Assembly: GCA_951406725.2 (NCBI GenBank)
Contig: OX597827.1
Location: 63,860,001 to 63,924,000, forward strand
Reading direction: 5' to 3'
Source of the DNA: Octopus vulgaris
Taxonomy: Eukaryota
Length of the DNA stretch: 64,000 bases
Shown here: piece by piece, positions 26,647 through 38,644 of the stretch
How the letters are laid out: every line of letters begins with the position of its first letter
Position numbering within the stretch: position 1 is the first letter of the stretch
Translations under genes and position numbers: made by a program
The notes under the pieces: model-generated
Database searches by the model: none
Told to the model about the DNA's origin: nothing
The model's input: the letters and a program-made list of their open reading frames with translations, nothing else

Positions 26647-26971
26647 AAATCAAAATAAGCAACAAAGATATCCAGAGGTAATGCAGTACGATTGTTTCAA
26701 GCATCTCCATTTAATTGAACAATGCAATCATTACATCAATTTAAATGCAGAGCAATCCTCAGCTGCATAAAGACATAGAATTTGATCAAATTAGATAAAA
26801 TTATACTAATGTGTCCATCTGTTTTAATTTAATTAAATTCTATGTCTTTATGCAGCTGAAGATTGCTCTGCATTTAAATTGATGTAATGATTGCATTGTT
26901 CAATAAAATAGGGTTGCTTGAAACGATTGTACTGCATTACCTCCTGATATCCTTGTTGCTTATTTTGATTT
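26647..26971. repeat. Fold-back element (~146-bp arms) with a hammerhead-like motif in each arm
   Basis: aaatcaaaataagcaac...gacatagaatttgatcaaatta is mirrored by taatttaattaaattctatgtc...gttgcttattttgattt. Confidence 0.88.
26850..26937 (+). ncRNA. Type I hammerhead-like motif (canonical core; mirror on - strand at 26681-26768)
   Basis: atgcag CTGAAGA [57-nt hairpin] GAAA c-gatt-g TA ctgcat: perfect 6-bp stem I and a GUA site. The two arms together imply ancestral palindromic ACGAUCGU; the base of stem II is imperfect. Confidence 0.7.
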
Positions 26972-27008
26972 ACATATATATAGATATAGATGTACATAGA
27001 CAGATGGA

Positions 27009-27047
<39 letters not shown>

Positions 27048-27548
27048 CATGTGTGTGGCTTGTGGTAAGAAATTTGCTTCCCAACCACATGTTCCAGGTT
27101 CAGTCCTGCTGCTTGGCCATTTGGGCAAGTAACTTCAGCTATAACCACAGGTTGACCAAAGTATTGTAAGTGCATTTGGTAGATGGAAACTGAAAAGAAG
27201 CTTGTCATGTGTGTGTGTTTCTTTGTGTTTGTCCCCTGACCACTGCTTGACAACCGATGCTGGTGTGTTTATGTCCCCATAAGTTAGCGGCTCAGCAAAA
27301 GAGACCAATAGAATAAGTACTAGGCTTACAAAGAATAAGTCCTGGAGTCGATTTGCTTGACTAAAGACAGTGCTCCAGCATGGCCACAGTCAAATGACTG
27401 AAACAAGCAAAAGAGAGTGTCCAGTGAGAGCTAGCAGTGAGCTTTATCAGGCAGTGTGCTTGAGTGATGTTGCTGTGTTTACTTCGCAAGTCGTGAAATT
27501 TGTGTTTTCGTGATCACATATATATATACTGTAGTCTGCTATTTTGTC

Positions 27549-28032
27549 ATGGATAGGAACAAAGATCCCACGTGATTTTTGCCTTAAACTTGCAAAGTCT
27601 GCTACAGAGATATTGAGCATACTTCAGCAAGATTACGGCGACGAGGCAATGGGTCTTATGCAATGTTTCAAGTGACATGTGCGTTTCAAAAACTGACAAC
27701 AGACCTGCATGTTCATTCAAGAACCTGCTCATCGTTTTTTTTGTTTTTTTGACATCCGTGGTATTATGCATCGAGAATTCATCCCCCAGGGCCAGACCAT
27801 CAATCAATTGTTCTACTGTGGCATTTTGAAGTGTTTGTGGGGGGACATTTGGCAAAAGTGATTGGATCGGTGGAGTGCAAAGAATGCACTCTGACACCTG
27901 ACACCTCACTTGTGAGATTTTCGCCAAAACTAACATGGTATCATTTCCGTACTCACCCTGTTTGCCAGATTTAGTACCAGCAGACTTTCATCTCTTCCCC
28001 AAGATTAAAGTGCTGCTCACAGGTCACCGTTG
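27549..28032 (+). pseudogene. Degenerate, internally deleted mariner transposase
   Basis: Remnants FCLKLAKSATEILSILQQDYGDEAMG (HTH), FFDIRGIMHREFIPQGQTINQLFYCGILK and PYSPCLPDLVPADFHLFPKIK (YSPDLAPxD motif), with stops and frameshifts. Confidence 0.85.
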
Positions 28033-28060
28033 CTGAGATCAAGAAGCATAAGTAGTTAAT

Positions 28061-28485
28061 GCGGTGAGCTGGCAGAAATGTTTGCATGCCGGCTGAAATG
28101 CTTAGTGGTATTTTGTCTGCAGTTATGTTCTGAGTTCAAATTCCGCCAAGGTCAACTTTGCCTTTCATCCTTTTGGGTCGAGAAATTAAGTACCAGTTAT
28201 GCACTGGGGTTGGTGTATTCGACTTATTCCCTTTGTCTGTCGTTGTTTAGCCCCTTACGGGCAATAAAGGAATAAGAAATTTTAGCATCCCGGGCGAAAT
28301 GCTTAGCGGTATTTCGTCTGTCTTTACATTCTAAGTTCAAACTCCACTGAGGTCGACTTTGCCTCTCATCCCTTTGGGGTCGATAAATTAAGTACCAGTT
28401 ACACACTGGGGTCGATCTAATCAACTTAATTCCTTGTTTGTCCCCTCTATGTTTAGCCTCTTGTGGGCAATAAAGAAATAAGAAA
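28061..28485 (+). mobile_element. Two tandem SINE family A copies
   Basis: Full head at 28061 and a 5'-trimmed second unit from ~28281. Confidence 0.8.
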
Positions 28486-28603
28486 CATAAGTAGTCCAAG
28501 AGCTTTTTGATACCACCTTAGATGTATGTGTACGTACGTATATATATATATAATTATATTTAGGAGAGTATTGTAGTTCGCTTGAAGCATTATGTATTGT
28601 TTG

Positions 28604-28835
28604 TAAAGAATAAAAAGTTTTAAACAGTACAACAATGCTCTATAATACAAACAATGGGCTATATATATATATATATATATATACCTCTTGTAATTTAGTC
28701 ATCTATAATCTGATAATATTTCGGAATAAAATTCTATCTTCAGATATTCTTAGATGGAGTCGCTGCATCTAAGAATATCTGAAGAAGGAATTTTATTCCG
28801 AAATATTATCAGACTATAGATTACTAAATTACAAC

Positions 28836-28883
<48 letters not shown>

Positions 28884-28940
28884 CCCATTGTCTGTATTAT
28901 ATAGTGCATTGTTGTACCATTCAAAACTTTATATTCTTTA
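28604..28940. repeat. Fold-back element containing (TA)n in both arms and a hammerhead-like core
   Basis: Arms centred on tagatg-gagtcgctg-catcta. The + strand at 28779-28810 reads CTGAAGA a ggaat-ttt-attcc GAAA tattatc; stem I is weak. Confidence 0.85.
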
Positions 28941-28944
28941 TAAT

Positions 28945-29205
28945 TATATTTCTTTATTTCTAGATTAAAGCTACCATTGGTTTCATGTAGGGAAAGTAGG
29001 AAAATATGCTCATGTCTTAACAATGTTTGAAGCCGATCACATAGAGAAAGGTGTTTGCCTTTATTTTGGATACAGTTTCCAAAATGGAGGTGAACACCTT
29101 TTTCTATGTGATTGGCTTCAAAAATTGTTAAGACCCTAGGTTATTTCCCTACTTTTCTTAACATGAAACTAATGGTAGCCTTAATTCACAAATAAAGAAA
29201 TAATA
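28945..29205. repeat. Second, adjacent fold-back element
   Basis: tatttctttattt...ttttgga-tacagtt-tccaaaa...aaataaagaaata, with imperfect ~125-bp arms. Confidence 0.8.
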
Positions 29206-29261
29206 TATCCACCAATGCAGTGCTGAGCACTCATTTCATTGTTTGACATTTACACACACAC

Positions 29262-29330
<69 letters not shown>

Positions 29331-29604
29331 CATACATACAATCATATATATGTGTACAAACACGTACCTATGGATATGCATCTGTCTGTCCATATTTATA
29401 TATATATATGCATCAGTCTGTCCATATATAGGGGGAGAATTCACAAAAAAAAAAACAAAAGACGAAGAGAGGTGGTGTAGACAACAAACAGATATATTAG
29501 TTTAATGCTTGGGAAGTGAAAAAGTCTTTAACATTTCGAGCCTATGCTCTTTCACAGAAAGAAACAGGGAGAGAAAATAATGAATGTGTAGTGGCTAGCG
29601 ATCT

Positions 29605-29640
<36 letters not shown>

Positions 29641-29989
29641 TATATATATAGCTTTGTAGAAATATATATATATTTGTGAACATATGTATGTATAAGTATG
29701 CATGTAGTTATGAATATTTACACAAACCGACATATGCATGCACAGATTTATGGATATGTAGCTTAGATATGTATATGCATATATGTATATCTATTGACAC
29801 ATGTATGTGTATTCATACACATTCTCACACACACATATACACAAACACAATGTACATATAAACACGCATACACACAAATAAATACCCAATTAAGTGAATG
29901 CAGTTCTTTTTTCTAAAATTCAATGTAATAATTTTTGCATTTTTTTGTCAATTTCTGTTTGTGTTCTCTGTCATACTTTGCTGTTATCA

Positions 29990-30002
29990 CTAGTAGTAAT
30001 AC

Positions 30003-30047
<45 letters not shown>

Positions 30048-30214
30048 TGGTAGTAGTAATAGCAGTAGCAGTAGCAGCAGCAGTGGCAGCAACTGCTGTT
30101 ACTTATGCTCTGTTTTTTTTTTCTTTATTAATGTTTTGTGTTCAAATACACAACTGAGGCTGGCTTTGCCATCCGTGGTTATCAAAATAAAGTACCCTAT
30201 CAAGTGCAGGAATC

Positions 30215-30246
<32 letters not shown>

Positions 30247-30322
30247 CATCACCATCATCACCATCATCACCACCTCCGCCACCACCACCACCATCATGTT
30301 CATCATCATTGTCATCATCACC
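29990..30322 (+). repeat. (AGT)n/(AGC)n and (CAT)n/(CAC)n microsatellites
   Basis: Trinucleotide runs that generate the poly-V/S/H/D ORFs. Confidence 0.9.
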
Positions 30323-31402
30323 GTTTAACATCTGTCCATTGGACAGTTTGAAATGATCCAATGAGTTGCATGGCTGCATCAAGTCTCATCGTCGGCTTTC
30401 GCACGGTTTCTATGGCTGGATGCTCTTCCTAAAGCCATCCAACTTCACAGAGTGTACTGGGTGCATTTTTTTTTCTTTTTCTGTTTTTTTTTTTTGTGCC
30501 ACTGCCACTTAGCAAAAGTTGCTAAGACTAACGCAAACCCCACCCCATCCCTACCCAAATTTCATGGGCTTGTTCTTGTGTTAGAAATAAATTTAAGTAT
30601 AGTTATCAGGTGTCAAAACAATTAGAACATACACTAGAAAGAAATTTCTTGCTGTATTAATTCCAAGCCTTTTTATTATGAGTTCAAATCCTTGTGGCAA
30701 AAATTTGAAATCATCATCATTATTATTATTGTTTTTTTTTTTTTTCAAGTCGTAGGAGTGGCTGTGTGGTAAGTAGCTTGCTTACGAACCACATGGTTCC
30801 GGGTTCAGTCCCACTGCATGGCACCTTGGGCAAATGTCTTCTACTATAGCGTTGGGCCAACCAATGCCTTGTGAGTGGATTTGGTAGACGGAAGCTGGAA
30901 GAAGCCTGTCATATACATGTATGTATGTGTGTGTATATGTTTGCCCCCTCAACATTGCTTGACAACCGATGCTGGTGTGTTTACGTCCCCGTAACTTAGC
31001 AGTTCGGCAAAAGAGACCGATAGAATAAGTTCAAGGCTCACAAAGAATAAGTCCTGGGGTCAATTTGCTCGACTAAAGGTGATGCTCCAGCATGGCCAGA
31101 ACTGGCAGAATCGTTAAAGCATCAGACAGAATGCTTAGCTGCATTTTTTCTGGCTCTTTACATTCCGAGTTCAAATCCCACTGTGGTCAACTGTGCCTTT
31201 CATCCTTGATAAAATAAATAACAGCTGCGCACTGGGGTCCAATGTAACCAACTAACCCCCACCTCCTCTACTCTCAAATAGTGATGCTGGTGGTAGTGGC
31301 GGTGGTGGTGGTGCTGCTGCTGGTATTGGTATTGATAGCAGTAGCAATAGTAGTGGTAGTGATGGTGGTAGAGTAGTAGTAGTAGTAGTGGTGGTGGTGG
31401 TG

Positions 31403-31438
<36 letters not shown>

Positions 31439-32392
31439 CTAGAAAAGGATCCGTTTCTCTATTTTCATATTTGTATTTTTAGAAATTTTGTTATTTTCAA
31501 TGATTATATTTCACTTTTATTTTACATATTTTTTCACCAATGTTTTAAAAAATATTCTGTTCTCTGTTGATTTTTGAATTTTTTTTTTTAAATTTATTTT
31601 CTTATTTATTCCATTTGTTGGTTTAGTACAACTCTGGTTGTTTGCTACAAATTTTATTTTCTGAGTTTTTTCTATGTGGTGTTTTTTCATTTGCTGTTGT
31701 TGGTGTTTTTTGTTGGTTGGTCCCTGCCCCTCCCCACAATTCTAAAGTATGTAAGCACAGACATGGCTTGTAGATGCTGGCAGGCCTATGTGGTTAAGAA
31801 GCTTGCTTTGCAACCATGGGGTTTTCAGTTCAGTCCCACCACAGGGCACCTTGGGCAAGTTTTGTCTGCTATCGCCCTAGGCTAGCCAATGTCTTATGAG
31901 TAAATTTGGTGGAATTTAGGTAATTAAGAAGTTCACTTTGTAACCATGTAGTTTCTGGTTCAATCCCACCATATGCCACTTTAGGCAAGTGTTGTCTACT
32001 ATTGCCTTTGGCTGACCAATGCCTTTTGAGTGAATTTAGTGGAATCTATGTGGCATCTTATCATGTGTATATTTATATGTGTGTGTGTATGCATATATAT
32101 GAATGTATATGTGTATATGCATGCGTGTGTTTATATGTGTGTGTTCTTGTGTACATGTATATGTATGTGTGTGTTTGTGTTTGTCCACTTGACCACTTCG
32201 CAACCAGTGTTGGTTTATTTACATCTCCTTAATTCAGCAGTCTGACCAAAAAAAGACTGATAGAATAAGTACCAAACTATAAAAATAAGGAATGGGGTTT
32301 GATTTCTTTGACTAAACCCATGAAGGCATTCATATGCTGCCAGGGTAAACTTTGTCTCTCATCCTTTCAGGGTTAATAAAATTACTTGTATA

Positions 32393-32436
<44 letters not shown>

Positions 32437-32652
32437 AGAAGGCGACAAGCTGGCAGAATCATTAGCATACTGGATGAAATGCTTATTGGTATTTTGCCTG
32501 TCACTAGATTCTGAGTTCAAATTCCACCGTGGTCAACTTTGCCTTTCATTCTTTCGGGGTTGATAAATTAAGTACCAGTGAAACGCTGGGGTCGATGTAA
32601 TCGACTAGTCCCCTCCCCCAAAATTTGAGGCTTTGTGCCCTCAGTAGAAAGG

Positions 32653-32690
<38 letters not shown>

Positions 32691-32924
32691 AGAAGGTGCC
32701 GATCTGGCAGAGTCGTTCGCATGCTGGATGAAATGCTGTGTGGTATTTCACCCATCACCACATTCTGAGTTCAAATTCTGCCGAGGTCAACTTTGCCTAT
32801 CATCCTTTCGGGGTCAATAAATTAAGTGCCAATGTTTACATGGGTACATGCATTGAAGTGTGCATTGATGCATGCACTGATGTGCAAATTGATATGCACT
32901 TTGATGCATGCTTCAGTGTGTACT

Positions 32925-33313
32925 CTTTACTCTTTTACTTGTTTCAGTCATTTGACTGCGGCCATGCTGGAGCACCGCCTTTAGTCGAGCAACTCGACCC
33001 TGGGACTTATTCTTTGTAAGCCCAGTACTTATTCTATCGGTCTCTTTTGCCGAACCGCCAAATGACGGGGACATAAACACACTAGCATCGGTTGTCAAGC
33101 AATGCTAAGGGGACAAACACAGACACACATACATGTATATATATATACATATATACGACGGGCTTCTTTCAGTTTCCGTCTACCAAATTCACTCACAAGG
33201 CTTTGGTCGGCCCGAAGCTATAGTAGAAGACACTTGCCCAAGGTGCCACGCAGTGGGACTGAACCCGGAACCATGTGGTTGGTAAACAAGCTACTTACCA
33301 CACAGCCATTCCT
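32925..33313 (-). mobile_element. SINE family B, near full length
   Basis: Reverse complement of 11862-12245. Confidence 0.85.
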
Positions 33314-34736
33314 GTGCCTAACATGTATTAAGATATGTGTTGTTAACACGTGCAATGATACTTAAGATGATGTTTACAGTGATATGTGCAAAGTGTGCAT
33401 TGATGCATGCATAAATGTTTGCATTGGTGCATGCATGGTTGTGTTCATGCATGCATGCATGCATTGATGGTAACAATGAGATGTGCAGTTATGTGTGCAT
33501 TACATGTGTACACCAGTCATGCATTAATGGTTTTCAGATGAGTAGATGTGCAGTGATGTTTACAGCATTGTCTGCAATTGGTGTGTGCAGTGATGCGTGA
33601 CATTCATGCATGTATTGATTGATTCCCGATCAGTGAACATCTTTGAATGTTTATCGTAAATGCACTGACAATGTTACACAGGAAAAAGGATCATTATCAT
33701 CATCATTGATATCACATAGCAATTAATAGCTACTCCATCATCATCATCATCACAAAACTACATTGCTGCTTCCTCATCATAATCATCCTCATCTTCCAGC
33801 TCCTCCACCTCTTCTTCCATGACATCCTCCTCCACCTCATCATCATCAACATCATCATCCTCAAACTTGTCTCCACTTGGACAGCTAGAAGTAAAACTGG
33901 ACTGATGAGTTTATGATCCCTGTATTTAATAGACTTGCCAGAAAGTTCTAAAAATTGTTGAAACTTTTAGAAATTTCTAGAAAGTTCTTGAAAATTCTAC
34001 TTTTGTAACTCAGCACTGAATCTGTCTGAAATGTAATGGAAAAAAGGTCAGTTTCAACACATTGATGTCCAGGTCACAAAAGCAAAGTTTGAAGGGAATA
34101 GTTGTCATTTCCTTTGATTTCTAGATAGAAGCAAATAGGAAATAACACTTAGTGACCTTAGACACAAAAAGAAAATTAAAATCGTGTTACACAGTGTTAT
34201 TTAACATTGGCTTACACCTTAGTGGCCATAATTGATTGGTGCTAGCTATTACATGAGATTTTAGGGTGCGGGTTTCAGAAAAGACACAGTGTCCACTTGA
34301 AGTATTCGTACCCAATAGAAACATTCTAAAACACATAAACACCCCCCACCCACCATCACCACCACTACTGTGAAGGCCTCCCAGTTTATTTGCACAAAGT
34401 GAATCATTGCAAACACTCTCCAGCATCTTGTTCCTCAGATGAGCTGTCTCCTTGCTCTATTTTTCAACTACCATTAGCTATTACAATGGCATCTGCTCTT
34501 TGTAGCTGTCTGGTTTCATACCATCCCTGCTCAGACATTCACGATTGTGTCTCTCTTTCTTCTTTTCATCACCCATATTCTGTCCTCTACAACTGCTATC
34601 CTCTACATCAAGACTTTTCTTCTTAGTTCATCAACCCTCTGAAATTCTCTCATGCCCCACAGCCATCATCTCACAGATATTCAAGTAGAACATTAGTCCT
34701 TTCATCACCACATTCCTGTTTCGAGATACTGCCAGT

Positions 34737-35408
34737 CATCATCATCGTCATCATCATTTAACGTCCGTTTTCTATGCTAGCATGGGTCTGCGAAGCCAGG
34801 CAGCTGCACCAGGCTCCTGTCTGATCTGGCAGTGTTTCTACAGCTGGATGCCCTTCCTAATGCCAACCACTCCGTGAGTGTTGTGGGTGCTTTTTATGTG
34901 CCACCAGCACAGGGGCCAGAGGAGGTTGGCAATGGCCATGATCGCTTGGTTCTTTTTACATGCCACCGGCATGGACACCAGTCAAGGTGGCACTGGCATC
35001 AGCCACATTCGGATGGTGCTTTTTACATGCCACCAGCACAGTAACCAGAGGAGGCTGGCAACAGCCATGATCGGTTGATGCATTTTACATGCCACCGGCA
35101 CGGACGCCAGTCAAGGCAGCACTAGCATCAGCCACGTTTGGATGGTGCTTTTTACATGCCACTAGCATGGGTATCACAACTACAATTTCCATTTGATTTT
35201 TATTTTGATGCTGATGTACTTGACTCAATAGGTCTTCTCAAGCACAGCAGGTCAACCTACGATGCAAGGTAAGCACAGCAGGCCATCCTGCGAGCCATGA
35301 ACTCACTTCATTTGTCGGGTCTTCGCAGTCACAGCATATCTCCAGAGGTCTTGATCTTTTGTCATTGCCTCTCTGAGGCCCAACGATCAAAGGTCATGCT
35401 TGATCACC
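34737..35408 (-). mobile_element. RTE-clade LINE 3' end with (GAT)n tail
   Basis: (CAT)n + tttaacgtccg...ctggatgcccttcctaatgccaacc, shared with 38640-39320, 40634-41000 and 43036-43795; ends in remnants encoding RTE-type GLxEAMTKD. Confidence 0.75.
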
Positions 35409-35934
35409 AGTGTTTCAATTAATTTTTAAAATATTGAAGAATTAATAAACTAACTCTGTTATCATCAAACTAGTATTTGGAACAAATTAACATGAAATTT
35501 TTATAGATTTTAATGTAGGTCACTTCAACCCTTTTGTTACCATATTCATGTTGAAATACACTGATATTGTTCCAATTAATATTTTAAAATAATCAAGAAT
35601 TTAGGAAACAAACTTCGTCATTAAGCTAGAATTTGGAGCAAGTTAACATGAAACTTTTATAAATTTTAATTTAGATCACTTTAACCCTTTTGTTACCATA
35701 CTCCTGTTGTAATACAGTGTTATTTTGACCAATTTTTAAAATGTTTGAAGAATTTAGCAAACCAACTTTCTCATTAAGTTAGTGGAACATTTAAAATTTA
35801 GATCACTTTAAAAAAGTTAGTATCATAGAAGCAGTGGTGGTCTCGGGCAGGCTAGTATCAAAAGGATTAGCTGGTATCAGTTTTACCAGTTTCAGAGGAA
35901 GCTGCAGATGCAATGGGCACTGCCCCATCTTTCA

Positions 35935-36159
35935 GACTGAATCATCATCATAATCATCATTATCATCATCGTTGCTGGCATAATCACCATCCCCATCATT
36001 CTCATCACCATCACCATCCACCTCTTCCTCCCCTCTCTCATCATCATCATCATCTTTGTCGTCCTTGTCGTCATCATCATCATCATCAACGTTGTTGGCA
36101 TAATCACCATCATCCCCGTCACCATCACCATCCTCCTCCTCTTCCTCCTCATAATTATC

Positions 36160-36190
<31 letters not shown>

Positions 36191-36305
36191 ACAACACTAA
36201 CAACATTATCAATACTATCATCTTCATCATTTTTAACATCATTATTGTGATCATCCTTGTAGATATTCACAACACTATCATCATCATCATCATTCTTTTT
36301 CATTT

Positions 36306-36361
<56 letters not shown>
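35935..36361 (+). repeat. Compound (CAT)n/(CAC)n/(ATT)n low-complexity tract
   Basis: Trinucleotide mosaic with an internal ~100-bp duplication (gttgctggcataatcaccat / gttgttggcataatcaccat). Confidence 0.9.
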
Positions 36362-36792
36362 GACCCTGAGGTGGGGAGTTGGCGGAACTGTAAGCATGTC
36401 GGACAAAATGCCTTAGTGGCATTTCTTTCAGCTTAACATTCTGTGTTCAAATTCCTCCAAGGCCGACTTCACCTTGCAGCCTTTCGGGGTCAATATAACA
36501 AATGCCAGCTGAACACCTGGAGTTGATATAATCGAATTATGACTCCCAACTCCCCACAAAATTTCAGGTCTTATGCCTATAATAGACAAGGATTATCATC
36601 ATAAAGATTAGACACAAAACAAATACACATTCATATACATGTGCGCACGCACACACACACACACAAACATACACACCACCGGTTTCCCAAACCTCTTATT
36701 TCTTTGACCTTTAACCTCACCTTTCACACTCTAAAATCTCTCTTCTTACATTTATGTTTGTCTTTTTTTTTTTTGTTTCCTTTTGTTTTCAG

Positions 36793-36978
36793 TGCATCAG
36801 GTTGTCCGTTGGCAAACAAACACAAACTCCAACGCCATCTGGTGCCTGTAGCTGGAGGTGGCAGTCTTGGAGGTAGTGTCAGTGTTGGTGGTGGCGACCA
36901 GTCTTCAAACGACTCGGTCATGATGGGCAACAACAATAACAACAGCAACAACCGGCCTGTGAAGATGGATGCTATTGT
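36793..36978 (+). CDS. MYT1: Myt1-like coding exon C (end of the split finger plus G/S/N-rich linker)
   Basis: Acceptor gttttcag after a long pyrimidine tract and donor gtatga at 36979; 186 bp, phase 2-2. Translates (S)[61 protein letters not shown](V), completing HR-SASGCP. Confidence 0.92.
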
Positions 36979-37087
36979 GTATGAATATTATTATTATTAT
37001 CATTATTATTATTATTATTATTATCATCATCATCATTATTATTATTACTATTATTATCGTTATTATTATTATTAAGGCCACAAATGT

Positions 37088-37950
37088 GGCAAGCTGGCAG
37101 AATCATTAGCACGCCAGGCGAAATGCTTAGCGGTATTTTGTCAGCCACTACGTACTGAGTTCAAATTCCACCGAGGTCGACTTTGCCTTTCATCCTTTCG
37201 GGGTCGATTAAATGAGTACCAGTTATGCACTGGGGTCGATATAATCGACTTAATCCCTTTGTCTGTCCTTGTTTGTCCCCTCTGTGTTTAGCCCCTTGTG
37301 GGTAGTAAAGATACAAGAATCATTAGCATGCCGGGCGAAATGCTTAGCAGTATTTTGTCAGCCACTACATACTGAGTTCAAATTCCACTGAGGTCAACTT
37401 TGCCTTTCATCCTTTCGGGGTCAATGAAATAAGCACTGGGTCAATGTAAACGACTTAATCCTCTCCCACAAGCTGCCCTTGTGGCAAAAAATTTTACATT
37501 ATTATTAAGGCCACATCTGGCAGAATCGTTAGCATGCCAGACATTTCATCCGTCTTTACGCTCTGAGTTTGAATACTGCCGAGGTCAACTATGCCTTCCA
37601 TCCATTTGGAGTCTGTAAAAATTAAGTACCAGTTGAATACTGGGGTTAAATAATCAAATAGTCTCTTCCCAAAAAATTTCAGGCCTTGAACTTATAGAAG
37701 AAAAGATTATTATCATCATTATTATTATTATTAAGACAGAAAGCTGGCAGAATCATTAGCATGTTGGGGGGGGAAATGCTCAGCAGTATTTCGTCCGTCC
37801 ATATATTCTGAGTTCAAGTTCCGCCAAGGATAACTTTGCCTTTCATCCTTTTGGAGTCAGTAAAAATAAGTATCAGTTGAGCTCTAGGGTTGGTGTAATC
37901 GACCACTCCCGTCCCCACAAAATTGCTAGCCTTATGTCAAAATTTGAAAC
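37088..37950 (+). mobile_element. Head-to-tail array of ~4 SINE family A copies immediately 3' of exon C
   Basis: Repeated ctggcagaatc(a/g)ttagca...gagttcaaattcc...ctttgcctttcatcc units separated by (ATT)n. Confidence 0.8.
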
Positions 37951-38029
37951 CACAGTGTGGACGCTGGTTGCCCTTGTTCATACTTTATGTTTAAATTTCC
38001 GTAATTTTGAATTTTTATCACTTCTTATT

Positions 38030-38072
38030 TTGAACTTGACAAAGACAGACGTACAGTTGAAATATCGTTCAA
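38030..38072 (+). ncRNA. Type I hammerhead-like motif, U3-A8 core variant
   Basis: ttgaac TTGACAA a gac-agacgtaca-gtt GAAA ta T C gttcaa: perfect 6-bp stem I, AUC cleavage triplet and palindromic AUAU stem III remnant. Confidence 0.65.
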
Positions 38073-38184
38073 CTAATAAAATATCTTACAATCGAATCGT
38101 GCTCTTCGTCTTGACTGTTTACCTCTGTGAAGAATTACGTCAATCCTTTTTAAAATATTATTATTATCCTCATTATTATTATTA

Positions 38185-38242
<58 letters not shown>

Positions 38243-38612
38243 GGTGGGAAGCTGGCAGAATCATGAGTATGCCAGGCAAAATGCTTAGTGGCATTTCCTC
38301 TGTCTTTACTTTCTGAGTTCAATTTCCACCGAGGTCGACTTTGCCTTTCATCCTTTCAGAGTTAATGAAATAAGTACCAGTTATGCACTGAGGTTTTTTG
38401 TATTCTATTGATTTTCATCCTCTTTCCTTACACTCTTAGAATCAAACAGGTATTATGGGTTGGTCAGTAAGCAGATTTGCTTTTCCTTATCTATAATTGT
38501 TACGTCCGGTCTATAATTTTTTAACTTCTTGTCCATTTGAATAGGAAGGTCCAAAAAAATCTTACATTTCTTCAACTCTAGTACTCTTATTATTATTATA
38601 CATATCATATAC

Positions 38613-38644
<32 letters not shown>

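Noticed and set aside
35892-36309. His-rich, Asp-rich and Met-rich ORFs suggesting a metal-binding protein
   Set aside because: All frames are open because of a (CAT)n mosaic inside an intron, and there are no credible splice sites.
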